Below, one piece after another: positions 9,308 through 18,774 of a stretch of DNA of 64,000 nucleotides (positions within the stretch are counted from its first letter, which is position 1; each line of letters begins with the position of its first letter). Below the pieces are notes generated by a model. The model saw nothing but the letters and a program-made list of their open reading frames with translations. It made no database searches and was not told where the DNA came from. The position numbers and the translations under genes were made by a program. Source of the stretch: a virus (taxonomy: Duplodnaviria > Caudoviricetes); the IMG/VR virus record IMGVR_UViG_3300020577_007160, positions 115,513 through 179,512 of that record; one strand, given 5' to 3'.

Positions 9308-10909
9308 TTAGATTTTTTGAGATAAAAATTTACTTACTCTACGTTTGTAAGATTCTTCTGTTTTAGGTTCTTCTGTTGGAGTTTCTTCAGCAGATGCTTC
9401 TGGTGTCTCTTCCTCTGTTGAGGATGTTTCTTCCGCAGAGTCCTCTACTGGGGGTTCAGTCATCATAGAATCATCGTCTTCAACTGGGGGAACTTCCATA
9501 TTGGCAGTTTCATCGAATTCTATTTCAATGATTGATTTACCAGTATCATCAGTAGAACTATGAATATTTTTTATTGGTTTATCAAAACTCAAAGAAAGAG
9601 ACTCATTTATTCTAGATGAAATCAATTTTTTGAATTCTTTCAAAACAACGCTTCTTTTATATTCGGGGTAATCACTGGCAACTTCTTCATATAATTGTGG
9701 AAGTTTTTTACGTTTTAAATAACGTTTGATCTCGTTTTCATTTACTTTGAAATATTTACGTAAACTACTACGTAATTTACTTTCTGTTTTACAAGATTCA
9801 TCTTCATAATCATTTTCATCATATTCTTCTATATCATCTGCTGATATTTCTTCTTCATCTCCGTCTTCATCTTCCATATCCCCAAAGTCATCAGAAGTAT
9901 CAATTTCATCCTCCATGTCTGCGTCGGTTTCTGAGTCATCATCCTCGTCATCTTCTGAGACTCGACGCTTATTTCTGCCAAGGCGTTTTTCTACTTCCAT
10001 AGATAAATCATCTATATCCATAGTATCTTCATCATTATCTTCTTCATCGTCATTATAGGATTCAATACCATCCTCTAACCCTTCATTACGACGAGATTCA
10101 TATACTTCCTCTGACCCCATTTGTCCCTTGCTACGCAAGCGAGTTAAAAGGGCATTCAAGGATGCGTCCTTCAATGATAAGTCTTCAGTTTTTAATGTGA
10201 AGAACAATTTAGAGTCACCTTCAGATGTTTCTGCAGACCGGAATCGAAAATGCATACCAGAAATAACATTAGTACGAACTTTCAATAAATTGTCTTCAAC
10301 AAGATTCAAAGTAAGGAATGACTTCAATTTATGTTTCAGAACTCGAGAATTTGCAGGACTGAGAATTTTAAATACGCAAATATCTCCATCAGCGACAACA
10401 AAGAATCGAACAAGTTTCCTTGCATTATCTGTGATAGCAAATAAATATGCTTTATCTGGATAATATCGTGCTATCTTTTTGAGAGATTTAAAATTTGAAG
10501 TATTCTTTAATGCAGACTCAGGATCACCAGGAAGAATACCATAGAATAATAATTGCACATTAGAAACTGTGAGACCTTCTTTAATATTCAAAGTCTTTTT
10601 TAATTTTGAATATGAATTTCCACTTTCTAAGATTCTATCTAATTTTTTCAAAAATGATTCAGTCTTCATAGTGTTATCTGTGACGTTTATTAAATGTTTT
10701 GTTTCCTGTTCAAATTCCTGCATATGATCTGCAGGGGTCAAATTAATTTTATCGAAACCATTATTTGTTAGATAATTTTTTAATGAATCCCCTGATATGA
10801 AATTCTTAATTTCTCCTTCGAGATTCACTGAATAAGAATTTCCCATTATAGCATCAATGGTTAAAATTCTACCGAGATTATCTACATATTTATCTTGTAT
10901 TTCGAACAT
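9308..10909 (-). CDS. acidic multi-segment head core/internal protein (putative)
   Basis: D/E tracts; many x-x-E-[SG] sites (RILES, NIKEG, RINES, KTES). Confidence 0.5.
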   Translation of the reverse strand: MFEIQDKYVDNLGRILTIDAIMGNSYSVNLEGEIKNFISGDSLKNYLTNNGFDKINLTPADHMQEFEQETKHLINVTDNTMKTESFLKKLDRILESGNSYSKLKKTLNIKEGLTVSNVQLLFYGILPGDPESALKNTSNFKSLKKIARYYPDKAYLFAITDNARKLVRFFVVADGDICVFKILSPANSRVLKHKLKSFLTLNLVEDNLLKVRTNVISGMHFRFRSAETSEGDSKLFFTLKTEDLSLKDASLNALLTRLRSKGQMGSEEVYESRRNEGLEDGIESYNDDEEDNDEDTMDIDDLSMEVEKRLGRNKRRVSEDDEDDDSETDADMEDEIDTSDDFGDMEDEDGDEEEISADDIEEYDENDYEDESCKTESKLRSSLRKYFKVNENEIKRYLKRKKLPQLYEEVASDYPEYKRSVVLKEFKKLISSRINESLSLSFDKPIKNIHSSTDDTGKSIIEIEFDETANMEVPPVEDDDSMMTEPPVEDSAEETSSTEEETPEASAEETPTEEPKTEESYKRRVSKFLSQKI

Positions 10910-10935
10910 CGTATTTTAGAGTTTAATATATAACG

Positions 10936-11379
10936 CTAGTCTGAAAATTTATGACTGATATCTATTTGACATATCAAATGAAGTGGAACATGAACTGATG
11001 GAATGAAATCAGCATACTCCGCTGACAAGATTTCATAACGTTCTGTTTCTTTGTTAAAGGGAAAGATTATCAAGTCTCCTCTTTGTATTTCTATGCCTTT
11101 TTCTTTTAACTGTCGGCAATTTAATCTAATTTGAATCTTGTTGGTTTTAACCCAAACACCTTCTTGCAATTCATTGATTTTCTTTTCTCGATCATAATCA
11201 GCATTTATTGGTATTAAATTACTACTATAAGTGCTTTTAACTCGCGTACCGAGAATTGAATGGATCTGAGAATGCTCTCGTTGAAATTGAGAAATATAAA
11301 TATAAGGAAAACGTTCAAACAACTGTAGTTCATTTTGTTCTACAAGATCTACCTCAGCTTCTGAAAACCATGTTTCCAT
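10936..11379 (-). CDS. neck/head-closure protein (gp14-like)
   Basis: RGDLIIFPFN...YEI matches the gp14 GDLIYFP...FEI motif; synteny. Confidence 0.6.
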   Translation of the reverse strand: METWFSEAEVDLVEQNELQLFERFPYIYISQFQREHSQIHSILGTRVKSTYSSNLIPINADYDREKKINELQEGVWVKTNKIQIRLNCRQLKEKGIEIQRGDLIIFPFNKETERYEILSAEYADFIPSVHVPLHLICQIDISHKFSD

Positions 11380-11625
11380 TTAGTATTTTAAAGATATATT
11401 ATATTCTTCTAATTTATCTTCTATCGTATTTGTAAGTTTATCTAAGTCTGATCTTATTCCAAATACACTAAAAGTTTTCACCCATTTAATTCTGAAACTT
11501 CCTAATTCTTTGTAACACTGAGCCAAAGATTCTTTATCTCTTTCTGATATATCACTTTCCCTTAAATTTCTTTTATTAGAAACTCTATTTTCTAATATTT
11601 TGATTCTTTGTTCTAGTGTTTTCAT
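11380..11625 (-). CDS. leader-tagged small protein (candidate internal head protein)
   Basis: Begins MKTLEQRIKILENRVSNKRNLRE. Confidence 0.7.
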   Translation of the reverse strand: MKTLEQRIKILENRVSNKRNLRESDISERDKESLAQCYKELGSFRIKWVKTFSVFGIRSDLDKLTNTIEDKLEEYNISLKY

Positions 11626-12122
11626 AGTAAATTATATTGTTGTTTCAAAATTTCAAATAAATGTTTAATATCCAAGAAAGCATCAGAATCAAAATGATCT
11701 TTCAATTTAAATTCTCGGGACATCACTCTCTTCGGATTTATTTCATCAATTCTTTTAGAATTTAATAAGTAATACTTAAAATCAAAAGTTGAGTACACTA
11801 GAACAAAATAGAAAAAATCATATTTAAGTGAGTTTTCAAATCCTAATAATTGAGAATCTGATAACATTCCAAGATGAAAATTTTCAGTTTCTGTATATTT
11901 AAATTCAATCAAGCAACACTTTGATCCATTGAATACAAACATGAAATCTGAAACCTGACCTGGAATCCTCACGCTTACTCTTTTACCACCTGTAAATCCA
12001 GAGAAAGAATCATAGAATCTTATTAACTGGATATTTCTTTTCTCGGTTTCTACTTTTAATTTCTGAATCAACTTACTTTCAAATTCTTTTCCTTTTTTCG
12101 CTTTAGCGGAACTTGGAGGCAT
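11622..12122 (-). CDS. Holliday junction resolvase, RecU/Hjc-like PD-(D/E)XK nuclease
   Basis: GKEFE...SDF...LIEFKYT...SQL. Confidence 0.75.
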   Translation of the reverse strand: MPPSSAKAKKGKEFESKLIQKLKVETEKRNIQLIRFYDSFSGFTGGKRVSVRIPGQVSDFMFVFNGSKCCLIEFKYTETENFHLGMLSDSQLLGFENSLKYDFFYFVLVYSTFDFKYYLLNSKRIDEINPKRVMSREFKLKDHFDSDAFLDIKHLFEILKQQYNLL

Positions 12123-12156
12123 AGGGTATTATCAGGATTACTATCAAATTAAATGT

Positions 12157-12888
12157 TTATGTTAAATACGTTTGTTTTACTATAGTAGTGTTAAATGCTT
12201 CCAGTAATGCTGTTCCTTCACTCACTAGGGCTTCCCCGTCATTCGTTGCTGCCTGACTACCACCACTGACTCTCCTCAGTATTCTACCCTCTGTTATTTT
12301 TGTTTGAGCCTGAACATATTGCATTATCAATGGTAATTGACTTGAAGGGAAATGTTCATTGGTAGTACTTATATTTGCATAGTCTTCGGCTAACGCAGGA
12401 ATCTTAGCTGAAAAATTTATATAGAAACAAGAAGTAGATGGAGGAATATCATCAACATAGATTTTATTTCTATTTTGTTCTGAATACATCCAACCAAAAG
12501 TCTTGCCAGTCATTTCTAGTAAAGTTGATATATTTGCTCTATCCTGAATGAAGTTTTGAATATTAGCAAATGAATTTTTTATATCAACACCCATACTGAA
12601 AATTGATGGATAAAAATCAAAGATTATTTCATTCGTGTTCGATCCCTCAGTTCTCACTGGCATGACGTCATAAACGCTTTTAACCACGTATTGGGAAGGA
12701 ATTTCAATGTGATATATTCCAGAAGTATATGGGATAGAACAATCATATACTGGTGGAATTCTTTCAGAAACTATCTCAGTAACATATTTCAAAAAGGAGT
12801 AAATTGTTTCGGGTTTAATAAAAACCCGAATACCAGAATCTACTCCGAGTTCTGATTGAACGTATTTTATAACGTCCGTAGGTCTCAC
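12157..12888 (-). CDS. neck/head-tail adaptor protein (gp13-like)
   Basis: N-terminal YVQSELG, C-terminal GG....NDGEALVSEG; synteny after capsid. Confidence 0.6.
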   Translation of the reverse strand: MRPTDVIKYVQSELGVDSGIRVFIKPETIYSFLKYVTEIVSERIPPVYDCSIPYTSGIYHIEIPSQYVVKSVYDVMPVRTEGSNTNEIIFDFYPSIFSMGVDIKNSFANIQNFIQDRANISTLLEMTGKTFGWMYSEQNRNKIYVDDIPPSTSCFYINFSAKIPALAEDYANISTTNEHFPSSQLPLIMQYVQAQTKITEGRILRRVSGGSQAATNDGEALVSEGTALLEAFNTTIVKQTYLT

Positions 12889-13364
12889 GCTTGGAGTTCC
12901 TTGATACGGGATTCTACTGCTTCCTTGACTGTTACGCGAGTTTCATCGGAAGAAAGGAATGCTTTGAGTTCTTCAACAGAATTCAAAGTTTTTATCATTG
13001 CCTTACATTCTGACAATGATAAAGTATTAGATTTTTTAACTATGATTTCTGCTGTTGATTTTTGTGCTTCCTCAACAGGTGCAACAGGAGGTTCTGTAAT
13101 AGTTTCTACTGTTGTGGGTTCTACTGTGGGTTCAACTACTGGTTCTTTTTCAACTAATAGTTCCTTCTTCTTTTCTGTTCTTTGAACAGGTTCAACAGTA
13201 ATAACAGGAACAACTTTTATATTGGGTACGGAACGTACTAAAATTTGAACTTCCTGTTCACTCAAAAATATAGTAACAGGTATATTAGGATTAGCAATAT
13301 TTAATGCCGGAATATCAAAAGATATCGGCATAGGAGATTGAACGATATAAGATTTCTTTTCCAT
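12885..13364 (-). CDS. hypothetical protein downstream of major capsid
   Basis: E/P/T-rich linker and small C-terminal helical domain (ETRVTVKEAVESRIKEL). Confidence 0.55.
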   Translation of the reverse strand: MEKKSYIVQSPMPISFDIPALNIANPNIPVTIFLSEQEVQILVRSVPNIKVVPVITVEPVQRTEKKKELLVEKEPVVEPTVEPTTVETITEPPVAPVEEAQKSTAEIIVKKSNTLSLSECKAMIKTLNSVEELKAFLSSDETRVTVKEAVESRIKELQA

Positions 13365-13382
13365 AAAATAATATTAAATTTT

Positions 13383-13418
13383 AAAATAAAAGGGGAAAGG
13401 AAATCTCCAATCCCCTTT
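13383..13418 (-). terminator. intrinsic terminator after major capsid gene
   Basis: AAAGGGGA/TCCCCTTT stem plus T tail. Confidence 0.7.
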
Positions 13419-13443
13419 GCAACGTGAGATAATTCTTTATCAA

Positions 13444-14844
13444 TTACGAATAATTGATAACTGTTCCTTTAGCATACATCCGACTGTTGACCATTTTCTT
13501 GCCACCACTGGTGTAAAGACCACGACGAACAATCATGTCATCCAGGACAACTGGTTGAGTCGTGTACAATGGACGGTATGGAGCCCAAACGTATCCAGCA
13601 TACAAATAACCTTCACCTTTGTGACCAACTAAATAATCGTTAGCACCATAGCTAGGGTTCTTAATTACCAGGAATCTATTATCCAAAGTTCCGCACACAT
13701 ATGGACCAGAAAATGAGCCATTCATATTCATTCCTGACGATTCAAATTTACTCATACCTTCAATAATAGAAGCAGCATTAATACCAGCAATAATGAAATT
13801 GCCGGAAACCATTCTTGTCGAAGTATAAATTTGATTCGCAGATTGATTTATTTTATGAATAAATCCATCATAGTGTTCTTGTTTTGAAACACCCGTTGGT
13901 ACTGTTGCATCGAATTGTGTTGTTCCTGCAGCAGCCTGAACATATAAATCTTTCATTATCTGTTCATCAATTTCTGCACGGATAATTGCAGCCAGTGCTG
14001 CAACGAGTTCCGCATCTGCATCCTTACCATGGGCTTGTTGCAAGTCCCAAGCAGCATCCAACGTGTACAAGGCACGCAACTTGTAGGGTCGTGCAGTAAC
14101 AGTTGTTTGTGACAAATCAATGTCGATCTGCCCAATACCGGATGGTGTTTGTTCAGAGTCAAAATCATAGGTAGCAGTAATTGCGATGCTCGATGCTGGA
14201 GCAGAAGAGAAAACAACTGCCCATGCACCACTGGAATAATTGATAGTTCCACTGGAAATACCTGAACCAGAAAGCGTTCCCGAACCATTATCGGTAGCGG
14301 TAACGCTACCAGTCGTAATGGAAACAGTACCAGCACGAACAGGATAGTACGTCAGGTTACCAGAGAATGATGTTGTTACTGCATCCCCTGTGCCAAGGGC
14401 TTCTTCCTCAATCGTTTCCGTTGAGAAATTAAAACCTCCAGGTTGAAATCCTGTGTTCGCACCAATAGCAGTTGCGCCTGAGGCAATTTTACCCTTGGTT
14501 TGTCCGTACTTGAAATTCATGTAAAAGATTTCACCGGACTTCATTTTCAATGGTTGGATAGAAACAATTCTATCAGCAACCAGATTCGGAAGAATAGCAG
14601 TAACTAATTTGAACCCGTAATCAACAAATGTACCAGCATTTGTTGCACGAGTTGTTTCATCCATTCTTGACAACCAATTACGTGTTTCATTCAATGCATT
14701 GGCAACCGTAGCAACCATATGACGTGATGCTTCACGTCCAGTTTTTTCACGGATAACCCGTTGCATGCTTTTGATATACGGAGAAAATTCACGCTGTTCT
14801 GAGAGTTGTACGCCACCCTCAATAGCTTCATTAAGAAAATTCAT
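13444..14844 (-). CDS. major capsid protein (T4 gp23-like)
   Basis: PNLVADRIVSIQPL...GEIFYM, TARPYKLRALYTLDAAWDLQQAHG.DA..EL...EID, YVWAPYRPL. Confidence 0.95.
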   Translation of the reverse strand: MNFLNEAIEGGVQLSEQREFSPYIKSMQRVIREKTGREASRHMVATVANALNETRNWLSRMDETTRATNAGTFVDYGFKLVTAILPNLVADRIVSIQPLKMKSGEIFYMNFKYGQTKGKIASGATAIGANTGFQPGGFNFSTETIEEEALGTGDAVTTSFSGNLTYYPVRAGTVSITTGSVTATDNGSGTLSGSGISSGTINYSSGAWAVVFSSAPASSIAITATYDFDSEQTPSGIGQIDIDLSQTTVTARPYKLRALYTLDAAWDLQQAHGKDADAELVAALAAIIRAEIDEQIMKDLYVQAAAGTTQFDATVPTGVSKQEHYDGFIHKINQSANQIYTSTRMVSGNFIIAGINAASIIEGMSKFESSGMNMNGSFSGPYVCGTLDNRFLVIKNPSYGANDYLVGHKGEGYLYAGYVWAPYRPLYTTQPVVLDDMIVRRGLYTSGGKKMVNSRMYAKGTVINYS

Positions 14845-14861
14845 TGTTGTTTTCTAAATTT

Positions 14862-16403
14862 TTAAGACATTAGTTTATTCATAACCGCAAAAGTCAAATC
14901 GTCTTCACCTGGATTATTCCCAATAGTTTCGTCGGTGCGATTAGTGATCTCCTTGCGACGAGGCTGGATTTTACTTCCGTGAATACCGTCACGAATTTCT
15001 CGCTTTTCTGCGCGTTGTTCTACCCTGTCCTCTGGTAGTGCGGATTCTCGGGTTTCCTGTTGTTGGCTTTGGGCAAGTTTTCGTTTTGACTGAATAATCA
15101 TTTTTCTGGCTTCCTGTAACAAAGAAGTTAGTTCAGAAACCTGATCTTTTAAATCTGCGTTTTCTTTTAGTAAGGTTCTAGTTTTATTTTTAGTAGATTT
15201 TATTTCCTCAGTTAAATCTTGGAGTTGTTTTTCAAATTTTGAATTAACTGTTCCAATTTTATGCTCTTTTACTTCCAGGGTTTCTTTGACAGATTCAATC
15301 TCTTCATTTAAATTTCTGATTTCTTCATCCTTATCTTCTAATTCGGATAAAGATTCCCGCATTCTTTCTAAGGTTGATTCTGAAGTTTCTAATTTATTTT
15401 CATAATTTTCAATATTCTTGACCAGACCTTCTACGAGAGACAGTGATCGCTGATACTTACTTGTAACACTGTTATACTTAGATTCTAAAAATTTATAATC
15501 TTTTTTAAAGAGATTAAATTGTTCAGTTTTATTTTCGAGTAACTGATTGCCCTGAATTAAAAGATCCTTTGCTTCCTGATATCGTTTTAACAGGATTTCA
15601 GATTTTGATAATAATTTTGTATTAATATTCTTAACTTCAGAAACACCAGTATTGACTCTATTAATTTTAGATTTTAATTCCGCGTTCTCACGAATCAATG
15701 CAACATTAGCTGCTAGTTTTTCTTTATATTTTTCTAATATCTTACCTAATTTTATTCCAGTAGATAAATTAGATTGTTTTATATTTTCCATTGGTTCATC
15801 AGAAGAATGAATTGATTTCTCTGTGATAGATATAACTCTATTTAAAAGAGAAATATCAGAATTCGTTTTTAGATTATTTAATCCTCGTTTTATGGATTCT
15901 TTCATGACCTGTGGCACAGCTTCCGTGACAGCAGGATTGAGAGTTGTATCAAATGTTATGAGCTCAAAGTCTTTATCATCAACATAGCTCTCACCAGATT
16001 TTTCCACGATAGAACCTTCACCTCTGCTCGAAATACCAATCTGACAGCCATTCCTCAGAAACACTTCAAGTATTCCTCCTAGCGTTGGGTAGGGCATCAC
16101 TTCAGCTTCGCCCATAACATATCCGCCCTCAATGAAAAGATCCGTAATAATGAAAGCACTTTTTTCAATATCAATATCCCGATATTCGGGATGTTTCAAT
16201 TCACCAAGAATCTGACGTTTTTCTAAGCGTTCCCGCACTGACTTAGAATTAACAACACTTTCCCACAACTTACTGGAATATATTCTTCCATTCTCAGTTT
16301 TATGATCTAACTTAGCAAAAACACCTCTGAACTTCAGAGGTTTTCCTGCTTGACTTTCTAAAATTTTTATTCGGGTATTGAGATTGGTTTCGACTAATAA
16401 CAT
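14862..16403 (-). CDS. prohead protease (gp21-like) fused to coiled-coil scaffold
   Basis: NGRIYS, GELKHP (His), GISSRGEGS (Ser), ITFD..NPA; about 300-aa coiled-coil C-terminus. Confidence 0.9.
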   Translation of the reverse strand: MLLVETNLNTRIKILESQAGKPLKFRGVFAKLDHKTENGRIYSSKLWESVVNSKSVRERLEKRQILGELKHPEYRDIDIEKSAFIITDLFIEGGYVMGEAEVMPYPTLGGILEVFLRNGCQIGISSRGEGSIVEKSGESYVDDKDFELITFDTTLNPAVTEAVPQVMKESIKRGLNNLKTNSDISLLNRVISITEKSIHSSDEPMENIKQSNLSTGIKLGKILEKYKEKLAANVALIRENAELKSKINRVNTGVSEVKNINTKLLSKSEILLKRYQEAKDLLIQGNQLLENKTEQFNLFKKDYKFLESKYNSVTSKYQRSLSLVEGLVKNIENYENKLETSESTLERMRESLSELEDKDEEIRNLNEEIESVKETLEVKEHKIGTVNSKFEKQLQDLTEEIKSTKNKTRTLLKENADLKDQVSELTSLLQEARKMIIQSKRKLAQSQQQETRESALPEDRVEQRAEKREIRDGIHGSKIQPRRKEITNRTDETIGNNPGEDDLTFAVMNKLMS

Positions 16404-16415
16404 TGTAATTCCAGT

Positions 16416-16934
16416 TTATAGGTAATAATGTTTATAATATTTTTTGAGGTAATTAGAAATTACAATAGTTGATTTCTCAATATTACCCCGATTAAATTTT
16501 GGATTAGAATATAGCTTTAATTTTGCTTTCAGTTCTCGAACATTTACATTATATAAATCCGCATCATGAGTTAATGACAAATATTTATAAATATAAAATT
16601 CTGAAGTACTAGGAATTCTTTTTATATAAATATGATAAACATCTTTCATATGCTCATAGGCGAGTTCAACTGCCTGTTGTGGGGAAGAAGGATCTTTATC
16701 AATGAATAACATTCCAAGATATGGAGGAGAAAAAACATAGTCTTTTATTTCCCTTTGGAGTTGATCCCAGTTCTTCTCTTTTTTATTTCCAACAGTAACA
16801 ATAGAATGAATATCATTGAAACTTTTCAGAATTTCTTGTTGAAACCACTTATATTCTTTTTCATATTTGAGTATACCTTTCAATACCTGGAAAGCCATAT
16901 AACTCAATAAAACATCGGTATTCGTAAATTTCAT
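16416..16934 (-). CDS. hypothetical protein, paralog of 16931-17791
   Basis: Shared P[YF]L..[LI]F...P and PKF..G.IE..T..ISNYL blocks. Confidence 0.6.
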   Translation of the reverse strand: MKFTNTDVLLSYMAFQVLKGILKYEKEYKWFQQEILKSFNDIHSIVTVGNKKEKNWDQLQREIKDYVFSPPYLGMLFIDKDPSSPQQAVELAYEHMKDVYHIYIKRIPSTSEFYIYKYLSLTHDADLYNVNVRELKAKLKLYSNPKFNRGNIEKSTIVISNYLKKYYKHYYL

Positions 16935-17791
16935 TTTTTAGTAAGATCAATTTTCATCGGCTTACCCATTAATGGATCTTCCGGTGGTGGTTCTTTTCTA
17001 TCAGGATTTGTTACTACGGGTTTTAACTTAGCGTCTTTTTGCTTTTGAAGTTTATCAATATTCTTTTTGGTATCATTGGTGAAATCATCTTTCAATTCAC
17101 CTTCTTTATTTTTATCTACTTTCTTTTCAGGTTCTTTCTTTGGAGTTTCCGTTGGTGTTGTTTTCTTGTCTGAACCCAATTTATCAATACTAGTAAATGC
17201 CTTAATTTCATCAACTGCTAACTTAAATTCTTTTTTAATATTGCCTGCAAGATAATTTGAAATGAATACTGTCGCTAACTCTATTTTACCACCTTTGAAT
17301 TTTGGGCTTTGTGTTGGTTTTATTGTTTTGATAACATCTGACAAGGAAACCTGACCAATAGATTCTGGTGAATATAAGTAATAATAATTATAAAAATTAA
17401 ATTGCTTTAATGGTTTCTGGGGCTTAACATATTTAGTATAAATATTTCTAAAATATTCTAATGTTATTTCCTCTGCATCAACAATTGTGTCAGGATTGCT
17501 TTTGTAAAATATCAGAGAAAGAAATGGATATTTAAAATCATTTAATTGAAAAGCATTAACATTCGAATTAGATTGCTTCTTTTTGGCGTATTCAGCATAA
17601 TTTGTATTAATAGATTTACCATAAAATATGCCAATATTACCTTTCTTTTCTACTAATTGTCCAAGTAATTTAGCATATAGATAAGAAAGAAATCCTAAAG
17701 TTATTTCTGATTTCTTTAAATCAGTCTGAGGATTTTTCTTTATTTTTAAGAATTTTAAATCCTTGATATTAAATTCATCTAATCGAATCAT
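16931..17791 (-). CDS. hypothetical protein, paralog of 16416-16934
   Basis: Likely start ATG 17791 (MIRLDEF) just after the endonuclease stop; K/E/P-rich tail. Confidence 0.6.
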   Translation of the reverse strand: MIRLDEFNIKDLKFLKIKKNPQTDLKKSEITLGFLSYLYAKLLGQLVEKKGNIGIFYGKSINTNYAEYAKKKQSNSNVNAFQLNDFKYPFLSLIFYKSNPDTIVDAEEITLEYFRNIYTKYVKPQKPLKQFNFYNYYYLYSPESIGQVSLSDVIKTIKPTQSPKFKGGKIELATVFISNYLAGNIKKEFKLAVDEIKAFTSIDKLGSDKKTTPTETPKKEPEKKVDKNKEGELKDDFTNDTKKNIDKLQKQKDAKLKPVVTNPDRKEPPPEDPLMGKPMKIDLTKK

Positions 17792-18774
17792 ATTATATAA
17801 TATAAATTTTATTACCAATAGTAAAACTTGTAATAGGAAGAGAGATACTCACTAAGTTTTGTTCCCTTATTAATTTATATTTCTTTTTAGTTTCAACAGA
17901 TTTTTGAATAGATTCTGGTGACTGCTTTTTTCCCTGATGACTTTTAGACATATTTTTCTTCCATTCTTCTGTAATAATTACGTTTTTTCTGCGGGCTTTC
18001 ATTTTCAATTTCGATTCTTCCGACATCTTTTTTCCTATATTTGCTTTTCGTAACTTTTCTTTATGTTCTTCCGAAATGTTTTTTCCCTTTCTGTTACCAC
18101 TGAGTTCTCTCAATCTATCAGCATTAAGTTTCTTTTGTTCCGGGGAATAATTAACTTTCTTTCCAATTTTAATGTCAGACATTTTCTTTAAAGTTTTTTC
18201 AGAATGCCGAAATCCTGTTTTTATTTTGGAAAGATGTTCTCTATGTTCCTTAGATAGTTTCTTCCCCATATTCCCAGAACTTATTTTTCTTTTATGGTCT
18301 TCAGTTAATTTTGTTCCTATTCTCTTTTTATTTTGTTCTAATAATCTTTTTGTATTCTCTGCAACATGTTCTGGAGATAATGGCTTCGGTTTTCCTTTTG
18401 AAGCTAAAGATAATAATTTTCTAGTTTCATCTGAAATCTTTGGATTACTTCCTCCAGATGTTAAATTCATCCCATGTGGTGTATTGAAAGTATCATATAA
18501 TTTTATATAATGAATTTCTCTTTCATTCAACATTTCAATAGAACATTCTTCTAAGATTTCGAATTTGTGATTTTCATATCCATGTTTTTCTAATGATAAT
18601 CGTAGTTTTCTTTGATTTAAGCAATCACCCTTTTCATAGATTTTAAATCTAGCATAAATATCTCTACTTTGTCCAATATATAATTTATTAGTAGGACTTG
18701 TTATTTTATAAATTCCACAAATTTTTGTTTTCATAATCTTGTTTTTATTATCAATTATATAATATAAATTTTAT
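17792..18774. repeat. 21-bp exact direct repeat (17792-17812 and 18754-18774)
   Basis: ATTATATAATATAAATTTTAT on + strand; encodes the KIYII-stop ending of both genes. Confidence 0.85.
17793..18734 (-). mobile_element. free-standing GIY-YIG homing endonuclease with NUMOD3 repeats
   Basis: GIYKIT...LYIGQS, E-I-H-Y-I...GMNLTSGG, repeated SEEHK.K[LI]S...GK units; flanked by a 21-bp direct repeat. Confidence 0.9.

Noticed and set aside
10929-10935. CGTTATA (also 37964, 42314) as a member of the bipartite promoter
   Set aside because: The upstream element is not consistently at 12 nt; only three copies, too few to define a separate late promoter
13956-14336. Nested same-strand ORF in the capsid gene (likewise 5805-6029, 21838-22041, 24037-24231, 30941-31129, 36972-37238, 42745-42966, 44608-44793)
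   Set aside because: Alternate frames of stronger genes with no independent evidence
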